From the NCBI GenBank assembly GCA_964622585.1, contig CAZUQT010000002.1, forward strand, positions 1 to 56,649: a DNA stretch of 56,649 nucleotides, in the 5' to 3' direction. The stretch is from an uncultured Elusimicrobiaceae bacterium (GTDB lineage Bacteria > Elusimicrobiota > Elusimicrobia > Elusimicrobiales > UBA9959). The notes under the pieces were generated by a model. It was not told where the DNA came from and made no database searches. It saw only the letters and a list, made by a program, of their open reading frames with translations. The stretch's first letter is position 1. Each line of letters starts with the position of its first letter. The translations under genes and the position numbers were made by a program. Below are positions 1 to 9,563 of this stretch, one piece after another.

Positions 1-2
1 AC

Positions 3-182
3 CTGAAGAGCACCCGCAAGTGCGACGCCTGCGGCTCCCAGATGATAGCTTTCGAGCTTAAGGACGGCGGCCAGGTGCAGATCTGCTCGCGCCGCGGCTG
101 CAAAAAGCACGTCCTCGAGTTCCAGAACGCCGACAGCGAGCTGCAGGCTTTCTACAAGTCCTACCTGAAAGCGCTTAAGTAG
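3..182 (+). CDS. 3' end of a gene truncated by the window edge; Cys4 zinc-ribbon tail (a topoisomerase-I-like C-terminus is only a guess)
   Basis: The frame is open from the window edge to TAG at 180-182. The translation ...KCDACGSQMIAFELKDGGQVQICSRRGCKKH... has CxxC...CxxxxC spacing. Confidence 0.4.
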   Translation: MKSTRKCDACGSQMIAFELKDGGQVQICSRRGCKKHVLEFQNADSELQAFYKSYLKALK

Positions 183-364
183 GGGAGGCGGGTCCTGGGG
201 TTGTGTCCATTAGTAGCGCAGGATAGCGTAGTCCACCCAGGGGTCCTGCCCCGCGCACCCTGGAAGAGGAAACCCTTGCGTCGGTTTCCCCCCGCCTTGG
301 GAAATTATGGCGGGGCCCCCCATCCGCAAAGGGTGCGCGAAGCAAGACCCCTGCCACCCGCCAG

Positions 365-1153
365 GTGACGCCGATGACGGAAATAGAACATAAAAGTTTT
401 TTCCGCACCCATAAGGTGCTGGCCTTCATCCCGCTGCTCCTGCTGGGCGCCGGGGTCTGGTATTTCATACACGCCCGCACGGAGAGCCGCGGGGCCGAGT
501 CTTCCGGGGCGCAGATGAGCGGGCTGTTTGGAAAAACGCCGGCTCCCGCCGCGAAGCCCCAGGCCGCCCCGGCGCCGGAGGCCGCCGCGCCCGGAACCGG
601 GGCGCCCGTAGTGACCGCCCAGGACGCGTACGACCCGAAGGCGGGCATCGACATCCAGGGCCCGCCGGAATTCAAGAGCCAGGTGACGCACGCGCTCAAG
701 CTGATCTGGATGGCCGACCGCGAAACTTTCCTTTTCCTGAAAAAGAACCTGTACGTGATACGGAACGAGACCAAGACCGGCTTTTACATGGAGAACGGGA
801 GCCCGGTGGCGGCGCTCTCCACCGCCCACGCTTTCCGCTCGCTCACCTGGTGCGCCGGGATCCTCGCCCACCAGGGCTGGCACGCCTGGTATACCCTGAC
901 CAAGAAGAAAAAAAGCCGCCTGGCCCCGCCGCTGCCCGGAGACAAGGACGAGCGGGTAATAGACATCAACCCGATGCGCTTCGATTACAAGGGGATGGAC
1001 GCCATCCTTTACGTCGAAGACAAAGCGTCCGCCTTCCAGCTGGAAGTCCTCAAGAAAGTCGGGGCCCCCGCGAGCGAAACGCGCCCGATCTTCCGCCGCC
1101 TGCCGCGCGATTTCCAGTACGCGCATGACGGCAATTACGCAATAAACCCGTGA
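365..1153 (+). CDS. hypothetical membrane-anchored protein
   Basis: GTG start, one N-terminal TM helix (VLAFIPLLLLGAGVWYFI), an Ala/Pro-rich linker and a globular C-terminus. Its stop overlaps the dus start (GTGA). No family recognised. Confidence 0.6.
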   Translation: MTPMTEIEHKSFFRTHKVLAFIPLLLLGAGVWYFIHARTESRGAESSGAQMSGLFGKTPAPAAKPQAAPAPEAAAPGTGAPVVTAQDAYDPKAGIDIQGPPEFKSQVTHALKLIWMADRETFLFLKKNLYVIRNETKTGFYMENGSPVAALSTAHAFRSLTWCAGILAHQGWHAWYTLTKKKKSRLAPPLPGDKDERVIDINPMRFDYKGMDAILYVEDKASAFQLEVLKKVGAPASETRPIFRRLPRDFQYAHDGNYAINP

Positions 1154-2124
1154 TAAAAAAATTACTGCGCCCTCTTTCGATAGGCGGCGTGACCCTTAAG
1201 AACAACCTCGCGCTGGCCCCCATGGCCGGCATCACCAACGCCGCTTTCAGGATCCTCGCCGCAGAGGGCGGCGCCGGGCTGGTGGTCACCGAGATGATCT
1301 CCGCGGAGAGCATAAAATACGGGAACAAGAAATCGTTCAAGATGCTCGAGCTCCTGCCGGGCGAGCACCCGGCCGCGATCCAGATCTTCGGCGCGGAACC
1401 TTCCTCCATGGCTCTGGCCGCCCAGGCCGCCGAGCGCGCGGGGGCGGATATCGTGGATATAAACGCGGGCTGCCCGGTGAAAAAAGTGATACGCTCCGGG
1501 GCCGGCTCCGCCCTGATGAGGTCGCCCATGCTGCTGGCGGACATCGTTTCGCGCATGGTAAAAAGCGTGAAGGTCCCGGTCACCGTTAAATTCAGGATAG
1601 GCCTTACCGCCGGGGAAAATCTTGGCCCCCTGCTGGCGCGCGTCTGCGAGGAGGCCGGCGCCGCCGCCATCACCCTGCACGGCAGGCCGGCTTCCCAGTT
1701 CCACACCGGGCCGGTGAACCTGGAGGCCATGGCGGAGACCGCCGCCGCGGTAAAGATCCCGGTTTTCGGCAATGGCGGGGTGGAGAACGCCGCCGGCGCC
1801 CGCGCGATGCTCGCTACCGGCTGCTCCGGGATCGCCATAGGGCGCGCAGCCGTGTTCAACCCGGCCCTCTTCGCTGAGATCGCTTCCGGCCTGGCCGGCG
1901 GCCCGGCCGAGCCGGTCACTTCCGCGGTCCGCATTAAACTTTTCCTGCGCTTCCTCGAGCTGAACGCGGGGATCTACGGCGAGGAGCACGGCCTGGCGCG
2001 CGCGCGCAAGCTGGTGGGCTACTGGCTGAAAGGCCTGCCGGGCGCGGCCGGGGCGCGGGGCGCGTTCATGAAGCTGAAAACCCTTAAAGAGGCCGAAGAC
2101 CTTTTGATACAATATACGAAGTAA
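1150..2124 (+). CDS. dus: tRNA-dihydrouridine synthase (Dus family)
   Basis: LAPMAGITNAAFR, IDINAGCPVKKV and ITLHGR segments are typical of Dus TIM-barrel flavoenzymes; 324 aa. Confidence 0.9.
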   Translation: MIKKLLRPLSIGGVTLKNNLALAPMAGITNAAFRILAAEGGAGLVVTEMISAESIKYGNKKSFKMLELLPGEHPAAIQIFGAEPSSMALAAQAAERAGADIVDINAGCPVKKVIRSGAGSALMRSPMLLADIVSRMVKSVKVPVTVKFRIGLTAGENLGPLLARVCEEAGAAAITLHGRPASQFHTGPVNLEAMAETAAAVKIPVFGNGGVENAAGARAMLATGCSGIAIGRAAVFNPALFAEIASGLAGGPAEPVTSAVRIKLFLRFLELNAGIYGEEHGLARARKLVGYWLKGLPGAAGARGAFMKLKTLKEAEDLLIQYTK

Positions 2125-2209
2125 TAATCAAAAATCGGGAATCGGCGATCTTCAAGGAAATGTCCCGATCCCAGATCCTCGATTTAGATTCTCGACTCTC
2201 GATTTTCTT

Positions 2210-4783
2210 ATGACCCAAGTAGAAACCCCGGAAACCCCCCTGATGCAGCAGTACCAGTCGCTTAAGAGTTCCTATCCACACGCCCTGCTCTTTTTCCGCC
2301 TGGGCGACTTTTACGAGATGTTCTACGACGACGCGAAGACCGCGAGCGCTGTGATCGGCCTTACGCTCACGGCCAGGCAGGGCGTCCCTATGTGCGGGGT
2401 CCCCCATCACGCCGCCTCCAACTATATCTGCCGTCTCCTGGCCGCCGGCCACAAAGTGGCCATCTGCGAGCAGGTGGCGCCCTCCGGCGACGCGAAGAAA
2501 GCCAAACTCTTCAAGCGGGAAGTCGTCCGCCTTATCACCCCCGGCACCGTGGTAGAGGACGAGCTCCTTACGCCCAGGGCCTCAAGGTACCTGGTCGCGC
2601 TGGACCTGGATATAGTCGGCTGGGGCCTCGCCTCCCTGGACGCCTCCACCGGCGACTTCCTCGCCACCCAGAACCTCAACGACCCGGACCTCTACCAGCT
2701 TCTCTCTTTTATTTCAAAGACCGGTCCCGCCGAGATCCTGGCGAATGCCCGCACCGTGAAAGAGATCAAGAAGCGCGGCCTCGACTTCGGGCCGGTGCCG
2801 ATAACGGAATACGCGATGCATGAAACGGCCCTCCCGGCCTGGGCCTCGCAGGCCGTGTGGCAGAATCACAAGCTGGCCATGAAGACCGCGCTGGAAATTA
2901 CCGCCTACGTGCGCCAAACCCAGCCCGGCCTTAAAGAAGTTTTCTCCCCCTTTTATTACGAACCGCTGAACAGGCTGCAGCTGGACGAATCCGCTATAAA
3001 GACGCTGGAGCTAGTCTCCTCCCCTGACGGGGACGATTCCAAGACCCTCTGGGGCGTGCTGGACCTGGCCAAGACCGCCATGGGCTCGCGCCTGCTGCGC
3101 CGCTGGATCCTCGAGCCGCTGACGGACATGCGCGAGATCCTTTCCAGGCAGGCCTTCACGGCCTTCCTCGCCGAGAACCGCGAGGCGCGCGAGCAACTGG
3201 GCGATATCCTCTCCCAGGTGCCCGATATAGAGCGCCTCCTTGGCCGGGTGATCAACCTGAGCGCCTCGCCGCGCGATCTCGCGGCCGTGCGCAAAGCCCT
3301 GGGCCAGCTGCCGCGGCTGAAACTTCTTCTGAGCTCCGCCGGCTTCTTCGAATGCGCCCCCGAACTGGCCTCGCGCCTGGACGCGGCCTCCCACGCCCTG
3401 AACGGCCTGCGCGCCGTGCTTGAAAAGGACCTTTCCGAAACCCCTCCCGCGCGGCTTTCCGACGGCGGGGTCATCCGCGAAGGCGCAAGCGCGGAGCTGG
3501 ACGAACTGCGCTCGGTCCGCCGCGACAGCCAGCAGCTGCTTACGGACATCGAGCTGCGCGAAAAAGAAAAGACGGGCATCTCCACGCTGAAGGTGGGCTA
3601 TAACGGGATCTTCGGCTATTTCATAGAGGTGTCCAAGGCGCAGACCCCCAAGGTCCCGCACTATTTCGTCCGCAAGCAGACCCTGGTCAACGCCGAGCGC
3701 TATATCACCGAGGAGCTCAAGGTCCTCGAGAACAAGATCCTGGGCGCCGAAGAAAAGATGTCGAAGCTGGAAGCCCACCTCTTCGCCGAACTGCGCGAGA
3801 AAGTGCGCGCCGCGATAGGGGAGATAAAGACCTTCGCCTCGGGCGCCGCCGAGCTGGACGTTTTTTTCGCCCTGGCCGAAAGCGCGGTGCGCTATGAATT
3901 CGCCAGGCCCCGCGTCAATTCCGGCGACCTCCTCCGGGTCGAGGAAGGCCGTCATCCCGCCGTGGAGCGTTTTTTGCCGGCCGGGACTTTCGTCCCGAAC
4001 GACCTCGAGCTTGGCAGCTCCTCCGCGAGGATCATTATCCTCACCGGCCCCAATATGAGCGGAAAGAGCGTCTATCTCCGCCAGGCGGCCGTGGCCGTGA
4101 TCATGGCGCAGATGGGCTCTTTCGTCCCGGCCAGGGCCGCGGAGATCGGGATAATCGACCGTATAATGACCCGCATAGGCGCCCAGGACCGCATGGCCCG
4201 CGGCGAATCCACTTTCATGGTCGAAATGCGGGAGACCTCCGCTATCATGCGGCTGGCCACCCCGAAGAGCCTGATCCTCCTCGACGAGGTCGGGCGCGGG
4301 ACTTCCACCTTCGACGGAATCTCCATCGCCTGGGCCGTGGTGGAGCACCTCTATAAGCCCGAAGGCGGCCCCAAGGTCCTGTTCGCTACCCACTATTTCG
4401 AACTTACCGAGCTGGCCGAGAAATTCGACGGGATAAAGAACTGCAATATAGCGGTGAAAGAGTGGACCAATGCCCTGGGCAAGACCGAGGTGGTCTTCCT
4501 GCACAAGATAGGCCAGGGCCCGGCCGACAAATCCTACGGCATCCACGTGGCGCAGCTGGCCGGCCTGCCGGAGAGCGCCATACAGCGCGCCCGGGAGATA
4601 CTGCATATACTGGAGACCAAAGGTAACATCCAGGTCGCCTCTAATTTCGAGGAGCAGACCCCGCTCCTCCCCATCTTCTCCAGCCACCCGGTGATAGATG
4701 AGGTCAAAATGTGCGATACCGACAACCTCACGCCAATGCAGGCCCTTGCCGCAATAAGCGATTGGAAAAAAAGACTTAAATAA
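2210..4783 (+). CDS. mutS: DNA mismatch repair protein MutS
   Basis: 857 aa. N-terminal mismatch-binding region (PLMQQYQSLKSSYPHALLFFRLGDFYEMF), Walker A GPNMSGKS, STFMVEM and DEVGRGTSTFDG. Confidence 0.97.
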   Translation: MTQVETPETPLMQQYQSLKSSYPHALLFFRLGDFYEMFYDDAKTASAVIGLTLTARQGVPMCGVPHHAASNYICRLLAAGHKVAICEQVAPSGDAKKAKLFKREVVRLITPGTVVEDELLTPRASRYLVALDLDIVGWGLASLDASTGDFLATQNLNDPDLYQLLSFISKTGPAEILANARTVKEIKKRGLDFGPVPITEYAMHETALPAWASQAVWQNHKLAMKTALEITAYVRQTQPGLKEVFSPFYYEPLNRLQLDESAIKTLELVSSPDGDDSKTLWGVLDLAKTAMGSRLLRRWILEPLTDMREILSRQAFTAFLAENREAREQLGDILSQVPDIERLLGRVINLSASPRDLAAVRKALGQLPRLKLLLSSAGFFECAPELASRLDAASHALNGLRAVLEKDLSETPPARLSDGGVIREGASAELDELRSVRRDSQQLLTDIELREKEKTGISTLKVGYNGIFGYFIEVSKAQTPKVPHYFVRKQTLVNAERYITEELKVLENKILGAEEKMSKLEAHLFAELREKVRAAIGEIKTFASGAAELDVFFALAESAVRYEFARPRVNSGDLLRVEEGRHPAVERFLPAGTFVPNDLELGSSSARIIILTGPNMSGKSVYLRQAAVAVIMAQMGSFVPARAAEIGIIDRIMTRIGAQDRMARGESTFMVEMRETSAIMRLATPKSLILLDEVGRGTSTFDGISIAWAVVEHLYKPEGGPKVLFATHYFELTELAEKFDGIKNCNIAVKEWTNALGKTEVVFLHKIGQGPADKSYGIHVAQLAGLPESAIQRAREILHILETKGNIQVASNFEEQTPLLPIFSSHPVIDEVKMCDTDNLTPMQALAAISDWKKRLK

Positions 4784-4789
4784 GAGGGA

Positions 4790-5239
4790 TCAGTTAAAGC
4801 GGCGAAGCCAGGATTTTATCCTGGCTATTAGCTGCCAGCAGGAAAACAGCGCGCCCGGCAGGGCCGCGGAATAAGCGTGGGCCGCTCTAGACACCGCTTC
4901 CGTGTCCCCGTCTATGCCGAACGCCATGTCGAGAGGGGCGAGCAGTATATACTTTAAGAAAAAAATGAGCTGCACGAAGTTCTCGATAAGAACGGCCGGG
5001 TTCGCGAATTTAAGCCGGAAGAAAAGCGCGGCCCCGAGCCCTCCCTCCAGGCCATAGAAAGCGAGGTTTCCCCACAGGGACCCGCCCGTTATCACCCCGG
5101 CCCTCAAATTCGGCCAGAAAAACTGTTCGACCAGGAACCAGAGCGGCGCGGCATAATAGAAGTAATCAAGCCAATTCTTTTCTTTATCCATAGTACCCAC
5201 CAGAAACATGGCCTTTAGGCCCATACAGTCCTGTCGCAT
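4790..5239 (-). CDS. hypothetical small membrane protein
   Basis: 149-aa ORF with several hydrophobic helices, convergent with mutS. No family recognised. Confidence 0.5.
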   Translation of the reverse strand: MRQDCMGLKAMFLVGTMDKEKNWLDYFYYAAPLWFLVEQFFWPNLRAGVITGGSLWGNLAFYGLEGGLGAALFFRLKFANPAVLIENFVQLIFFLKYILLAPLDMAFGIDGDTEAVSRAAHAYSAALPGALFSCWQLIARIKSWLRRFN

Positions 5240-5272
5240 AACTATTATAATTAAAGGGTACAGGGAGGCTCA

Positions 5273-6439
5273 ATGCTTAATAAGATCATACTCGCCGGTT
5301 TTTCAGTTTTAATCTTCAACGTCCAGTCTTTTTCCCAATCCTTCAGCCTTAACTCCGCGGCTCTCCCCGACATCACTGTTTCTAAACCGCCGCTGCCCTA
5401 TGGGCCGACGCCCGTCACCCCTCCCGGCGTTACCATAGCCGCCTATACTACCGATGAGACCGTAACTTTCGAAAGCCAGGCGAAACCGGCCATGGACGCC
5501 CGCATCAACGCCCTTAAAGCCGCCGGCATAACCACTTTGGGCGGCCGCGTGGTCCCGCTGGGCAACGACTACTCTTACGTCATCGACTATATTCCCACCG
5601 TGAAGAACGGCGCGGTACTCCCCCCCGCCGTGCTCGTGGAAACCTACAAGAACGGCGCCGCCTATTGGCTCGACAGCGACGCCACGGCGACAATGAACGC
5701 CTGCTCGGCCAATTTCCGCGCGGCCAGGCTGGCCGTGGTCGGTTCCTACCTTTACGATGCCGGCAATGACAGCGCTTTCGCCGTGGATTATTTGGTAAAG
5801 AACGTCCTGCGCCCCACGCAGGAATACGACGTTAAATTCATGAATTACACCGGCGGGAAATTCACTTTCGAAAGCGAAGCTCTTAAAGCCGTCCCCTCCT
5901 ACCTGGCCCTGTTCAAGCAGGCCGGCGTCCCGGCCATCCGCGGCAAAGCCGTCGCGCGACCGGACGGCGACTACGCGGTGATGGTCGAATATGTGGTGAA
6001 GACCAACAGGTTCGGCGCCCGGCCCCAGTATTCCGTTTCCCGCTATGACGCGCGCGAAGTTTTCCCTTTCGATAAAGACGCCCTGAAGGCTTCCAAAGCG
6101 CGCCTGCCCGACTTTGCCGCGGCCGGCGTCCCCCCTCTATCCTCCGTAGTAAGGCCGGAAGGGAACGATTACTCTTACAGCGTAGATTTCCTCGTAGAGA
6201 ACATCTACCAGCAGGGCGGGGTTATACCCTCCGCCGCCATAGAGACCTACCAGGCCGCCGAGACCTTTACCTTCGACACCGAGGCAAAAAAAGCAATGGC
6301 CGAAAAAGCCGCCGCTTTCAATGCCGCCGGCCTGCGCGTGGTAGGCTCCGCGGTCACCGGTTCGCTTGGCAGCTTCACCTACGTAATAGATTACGTGGCC
6401 AAAGCCGGCCAGCCCGGCCCCGGCCCGCAATACCGCTGA
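5273..6439 (+). CDS. secreted protein built of five tandem ~66-aa repeats
   Basis: GGGAGG Shine-Dalgarno (SD) sequence 6 nt upstream and an N-terminal signal-like helix. Repeat signature ETY..x..FTFES/DxxAxxxxxxxxxxxxAGxxxxGxxVxxxGxDYSYxIDYxVK occurs five times. Confidence 0.7.
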   Translation: MLNKIILAGFSVLIFNVQSFSQSFSLNSAALPDITVSKPPLPYGPTPVTPPGVTIAAYTTDETVTFESQAKPAMDARINALKAAGITTLGGRVVPLGNDYSYVIDYIPTVKNGAVLPPAVLVETYKNGAAYWLDSDATATMNACSANFRAARLAVVGSYLYDAGNDSAFAVDYLVKNVLRPTQEYDVKFMNYTGGKFTFESEALKAVPSYLALFKQAGVPAIRGKAVARPDGDYAVMVEYVVKTNRFGARPQYSVSRYDAREVFPFDKDALKASKARLPDFAAAGVPPLSSVVRPEGNDYSYSVDFLVENIYQQGGVIPSAAIETYQAAETFTFDTEAKKAMAEKAAAFNAAGLRVVGSAVTGSLGSFTYVIDYVAKAGQPGPGPQYR

Positions 6440-6460
6440 ACGCGGCCCCGAAGCCTCCTG

Positions 6461-6482
6461 GTCCCGGGCGAAAGCCCGGGAC
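6461..6482 (+). terminator. GC-rich hairpin with a GAAA loop after the repeat-protein gene (no clear U-tract)
   Basis: GTCCCGGGC-GAAA-GCCCGGGAC. Confidence 0.35.
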
Positions 6483-6525
6483 TAATAATTTACGGGACTT
6501 TGATATAAGCCGCCCGTCTTCAAAT

Positions 6526-6534
6526 TGCTAAAAT
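6526..6534 (+). promoter_or_regulatory. extended -10 (TGCTAAAAT), 6 nt upstream of the mutL ATG
   Basis: The 12-mer ATTGCTAAAATA (6524-6535) is identical to 12747-12758 upstream of pyrD. There is no SD sequence before mutL. Confidence 0.4.
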
Positions 6535-6540
6535 ATTTTT

Positions 6541-8367
6541 ATGCCGGAAATTAAAGTTCTTCCAGAGGACGTCGTCTCCAAGATCGCCGCGGGCGAGGTC
6601 ATCGAGCGCCCCGCCTCCGTTCTCAAGGAGCTCATAGAGAATTCCCTGGACGCCGGCGCGGCGAAGATCGAGATAGAGATCAGGAAAGCCGGCCGGGGCC
6701 TCATCCGCGTGCACGACGACGGGCGCGGCATGGACCGCGAGGACCTGCGCCTTTCCCTGGGCCGCCACGCCACCAGCAAGCTAAATGTTTTCGAGGATAT
6801 TTATTCCCTCGCCACTTTCGGTTTCAGGGGCGAGGCCCTCTATTCTATCTTCGCCGTGTCCCGGCTCAAGATAGCCTCCTTCCGTGCCGGGGCCGAATCC
6901 GGCTATGCCATAGAGGGCGAGGGCGGCAGGGTGATAGCGGAACTGCCGGCCCCGCCGGTGAAGGGAACCACCATAGAAGCGGCGGACCTGTTCTTTAACA
7001 CGCCCGCCCGCGCCAAGTTCATGAAGAGCGACGCCTCCGAGCGCGCGCAGCTGATAAAAACCGTCGAGGAAGCCGCCCTCGCCAATCTCGGGGTTTCTTT
7101 CCGGCTGGTCATCGACGGCGCCGAGATCCTTTCCCTGCCGACTCTTCCCGGCGGGCTGTGGGAGAATCTTAAAAGCCGCTCTTCTTCCATCTTCGGCAAA
7201 AGCACCTACGGCGGGATGGCCCGCGTCGAAGGGAAAACCACCGGCATGGCCGTCTACGGCTTCGCTTCCCGCCCGGACGCGCTTTGCGCCACGCGCGTCA
7301 ACCAGCATTTCTTCGTGAACCGCCGCCCCGTCTCCTCGGCCCTGCTGCGCCAGGCCTTTTACCGCGGCTACGGCCATATGCTCTCCGGCCGCCATCCCGC
7401 CTGCGCGATCTTCGTGGAGCTGGACCCCGGCTCTTTCGACGCGAATATCCACCCGCAGAAGCGCGACGTGAAATTCTCCGGCGAGAACGAGATCTTCAAG
7501 ACCATCTCCAACACTATTTACGAGGAGCTGCTTTCGAAGCAGACCGCTTCCGTGAACATGACCGCGCCCGCCGGAGAGGTGAAGTTCGGCTCTCCCGACG
7601 TCCCCGCCTACCGGGAAGCCGCGGCGCCTCCCCAGGCCGCCGCCGGGCCTGGTTCCGTTCAGGACAGGACCGGGCAATATGATTCTTCCCTGCCGCCTTT
7701 ACCGGGAAAAGAAACCGGCGGTCTTTTCGACCAGCCGGCGGCCGCCGCGCCGCAGCCCGCCGTCCCCGCCGACTGGCGGGGCCATGAGCTGAAATACCTC
7801 GGCCAGCTGGCCAAAAGCTATTTGCTTTTCGAATGCGAGGCGGGCCTGCTGGTGGTGGACCAGCACGCGGCGCAGGAGCGCGTTCTTTTCGAGAAATACC
7901 TGGAAGAATTTTCGAAGGGCGCGATAAAGGTCCAGCCCCTGCTGGTCCCGCTCGAGACCGAGCTTTCCCGCTCGCAGATGGAAACCGTCCTTAAATGGCG
8001 GGATTGGCTCAAAACGGCCGGCTTCGAAATAGACCAGCGCGGCCCGGCCGTGGCCCTGCTGCGCGCGACGCCGGCGCTGTTCTATTTCACCCAGCCCGCC
8101 TTCTCCGAATTCCTGGGCTACCTGTCCGAGGTTCTGGGCGAACCCGAAAAGGCCGCCGAGGATCTGAAGCGCGGAATAATAGCGACCATGGCCTGCAAGA
8201 AATCCATCAAGGCGCACGATTTCGTCAAGCCGCAGGAGGCCATGCGGCTGATGGAAGACCTGAAAAAAGCCAGGGACGGCTACCACTGCCCCCACGGCCG
8301 CCCCACCTTGTTCCACCTTTCCGGCTCCGACATCGCCCGCCGCTTCCAGCGCTCGGCCGCGCTCTGA
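6541..8367 (+). CDS. mutL: DNA mismatch repair protein MutL
   Basis: GHKL ATPase N-terminus (IAAGEVIERPASVLKELIENSLDAGA, DDGRGM, FGFRGEAL) and a C-terminal dimerisation domain (VVDQHAAQERVLFE). Confidence 0.95.
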   Translation: MPEIKVLPEDVVSKIAAGEVIERPASVLKELIENSLDAGAAKIEIEIRKAGRGLIRVHDDGRGMDREDLRLSLGRHATSKLNVFEDIYSLATFGFRGEALYSIFAVSRLKIASFRAGAESGYAIEGEGGRVIAELPAPPVKGTTIEAADLFFNTPARAKFMKSDASERAQLIKTVEEAALANLGVSFRLVIDGAEILSLPTLPGGLWENLKSRSSSIFGKSTYGGMARVEGKTTGMAVYGFASRPDALCATRVNQHFFVNRRPVSSALLRQAFYRGYGHMLSGRHPACAIFVELDPGSFDANIHPQKRDVKFSGENEIFKTISNTIYEELLSKQTASVNMTAPAGEVKFGSPDVPAYREAAAPPQAAAGPGSVQDRTGQYDSSLPPLPGKETGGLFDQPAAAAPQPAVPADWRGHELKYLGQLAKSYLLFECEAGLLVVDQHAAQERVLFEKYLEEFSKGAIKVQPLLVPLETELSRSQMETVLKWRDWLKTAGFEIDQRGPAVALLRATPALFYFTQPAFSEFLGYLSEVLGEPEKAAEDLKRGIIATMACKKSIKAHDFVKPQEAMRLMEDLKKARDGYHCPHGRPTLFHLSGSDIARRFQRSAAL

Positions 8368-8393
8368 AATAATACAGCTCAGGAGAAAACCGC

Positions 8394-9152
8394 ATGGAAT
8401 GGCTGATAGACCCGCAAATTTGGATAGCGCTGATAACCCTGACCGTGCTCGAGGTCGTCCTCGGCGTGGACAATATCATCTTTATCGCCATTTTGGCCGG
8501 CAAGTTGCCTGCGGAGCAGCGCGACAAAGCGCGGCGCGCGGGGCTGGCGCTTGCGATGCTGACGCGCATCGCCCTGCTCCTGTCCCTTACCTGGATCATG
8601 AAGCTCACCGCGCCGCTGTTCACCGCCATCGGGCGGTCCGTCAGCGGCCGGGACCTGATCCTGCTCGTCGGCGGCCTGTTCCTCATCGCAAAGAGCACCT
8701 TCGAGATCCACGAAAAACTGGAGGGAACGGAAGGACACAGTTCGGCCAGGGCCGCGGCCACTTTCCGCGGCGTGATCGTCCAGATCATGTTCCTGGACAT
8801 TATTTTTTCCCTCGACTCCGTGATAACGGCCGTCGGCATGGCGCAGCAGGTGGGCGTGATGATCGCGGCGGTGGTGATAGCCGTGATGTTCATGATGTGG
8901 TGGTCGCGCGCGATCGGCGACTTCGTGGAGCGCCACCCGACCATCAAGATGCTCGCGCTGAGCTTCCTGATCCTTATCGGCGTCAACCTGGTGGCGGACG
9001 GCCTCGGCCAGCATATCCCGAAGGGCTATACCTACTTCGCCATGGCCTTCTCGGTGATGGTGGAGATGATCAATATAAAAATGCGGTCGCGCGCGGAGAA
9101 GCCGCTTCATCTCCGGGACGCCTATACGGAAACCCCGGTCCCGGCAAAATAA
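8394..9152 (+). CDS. TerC family integral membrane protein
   Basis: Multi-TM protein with the duplicated TerC signature (LEVVLGVDNIIFIAIL and IFSLDSVITAVG). Confidence 0.88.
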   Translation: MEWLIDPQIWIALITLTVLEVVLGVDNIIFIAILAGKLPAEQRDKARRAGLALAMLTRIALLLSLTWIMKLTAPLFTAIGRSVSGRDLILLVGGLFLIAKSTFEIHEKLEGTEGHSSARAAATFRGVIVQIMFLDIIFSLDSVITAVGMAQQVGVMIAAVVIAVMFMMWWSRAIGDFVERHPTIKMLALSFLILIGVNLVADGLGQHIPKGYTYFAMAFSVMVEMINIKMRSRAEKPLHLRDAYTETPVPAK

Positions 9153-9156
9153 AATA

Positions 9157-9495
9157 TTACGGTTTTCTGACGTGGTGCGGCATGACGGCCGGGATCTCGA
9201 GCGAGATCTCGACCAGGCCGGCGGGTTTCCCGTCTTTCAGCCACGGCGCCTGGTGGATCAGTTTTTTGACGCCGTTCTTTTCTATCGTATAGGTATTGCT
9301 GATATTACCGGCCAGCATCTTCCTGATCATGACCCTGGATCTTTCGGAATGGCAGTCCAGCAGGCTCTTCCCCACCAGGCCGGCTCCGCCGTACTTGGCG
9401 AAGGCCGCGGCGGCTTTAGCGTTCATCTCGGTAACTATCCCTTCCGCGTCGCAGACCGTTATAGCGAAGTCAACCCCGTCTTTCCAGTTTTCCAT
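9157..9495 (-). CDS. stand-alone PAS domain protein
   Basis: 112 aa with PAS-like sequence (ITVCDAEGIVTEMNAKAAAAFAKYGG..LVGKSLLDCH). Confidence 0.7.
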   Translation of the reverse strand: MENWKDGVDFAITVCDAEGIVTEMNAKAAAAFAKYGGAGLVGKSLLDCHSERSRVMIRKMLAGNISNTYTIEKNGVKKLIHQAPWLKDGKPAGLVEISLEIPAVMPHHVRKP

Positions 9496-9563
9496 ATATT
9501 TATCCGTTCCCCGGGCTTTAGATCCTTGATTCCCGATTCCCGATTCTTCTTATATTATAAAAT

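Noticed and set aside
305-2112. Long overlapping ORFs 305..1126(-), 1050..1934(-), 1162..2112(-) and 850..1128(+)
   Set aside because: These are shadow frames opposite to or overlapping the membrane-protein and dus genes. They are low-complexity R/G/A/P translations.
3011-4687. 558-aa minus-strand ORF (also 2956..3585 and 4072..4326) antisense to mutS
   Set aside because: It lies entirely inside a confidently identified mutS gene. Its Arg/Gly/Ala/Pro-rich composition is typical of shadow ORFs in GC-rich DNA, and it has no recognisable motif.
8368-8393. yybP-ykoY (Mn2+) riboswitch upstream of the TerC-family gene
   Set aside because: The gap between mutL and the TerC gene is only 26 nt, far too short for the ~100-nt riboswitch.
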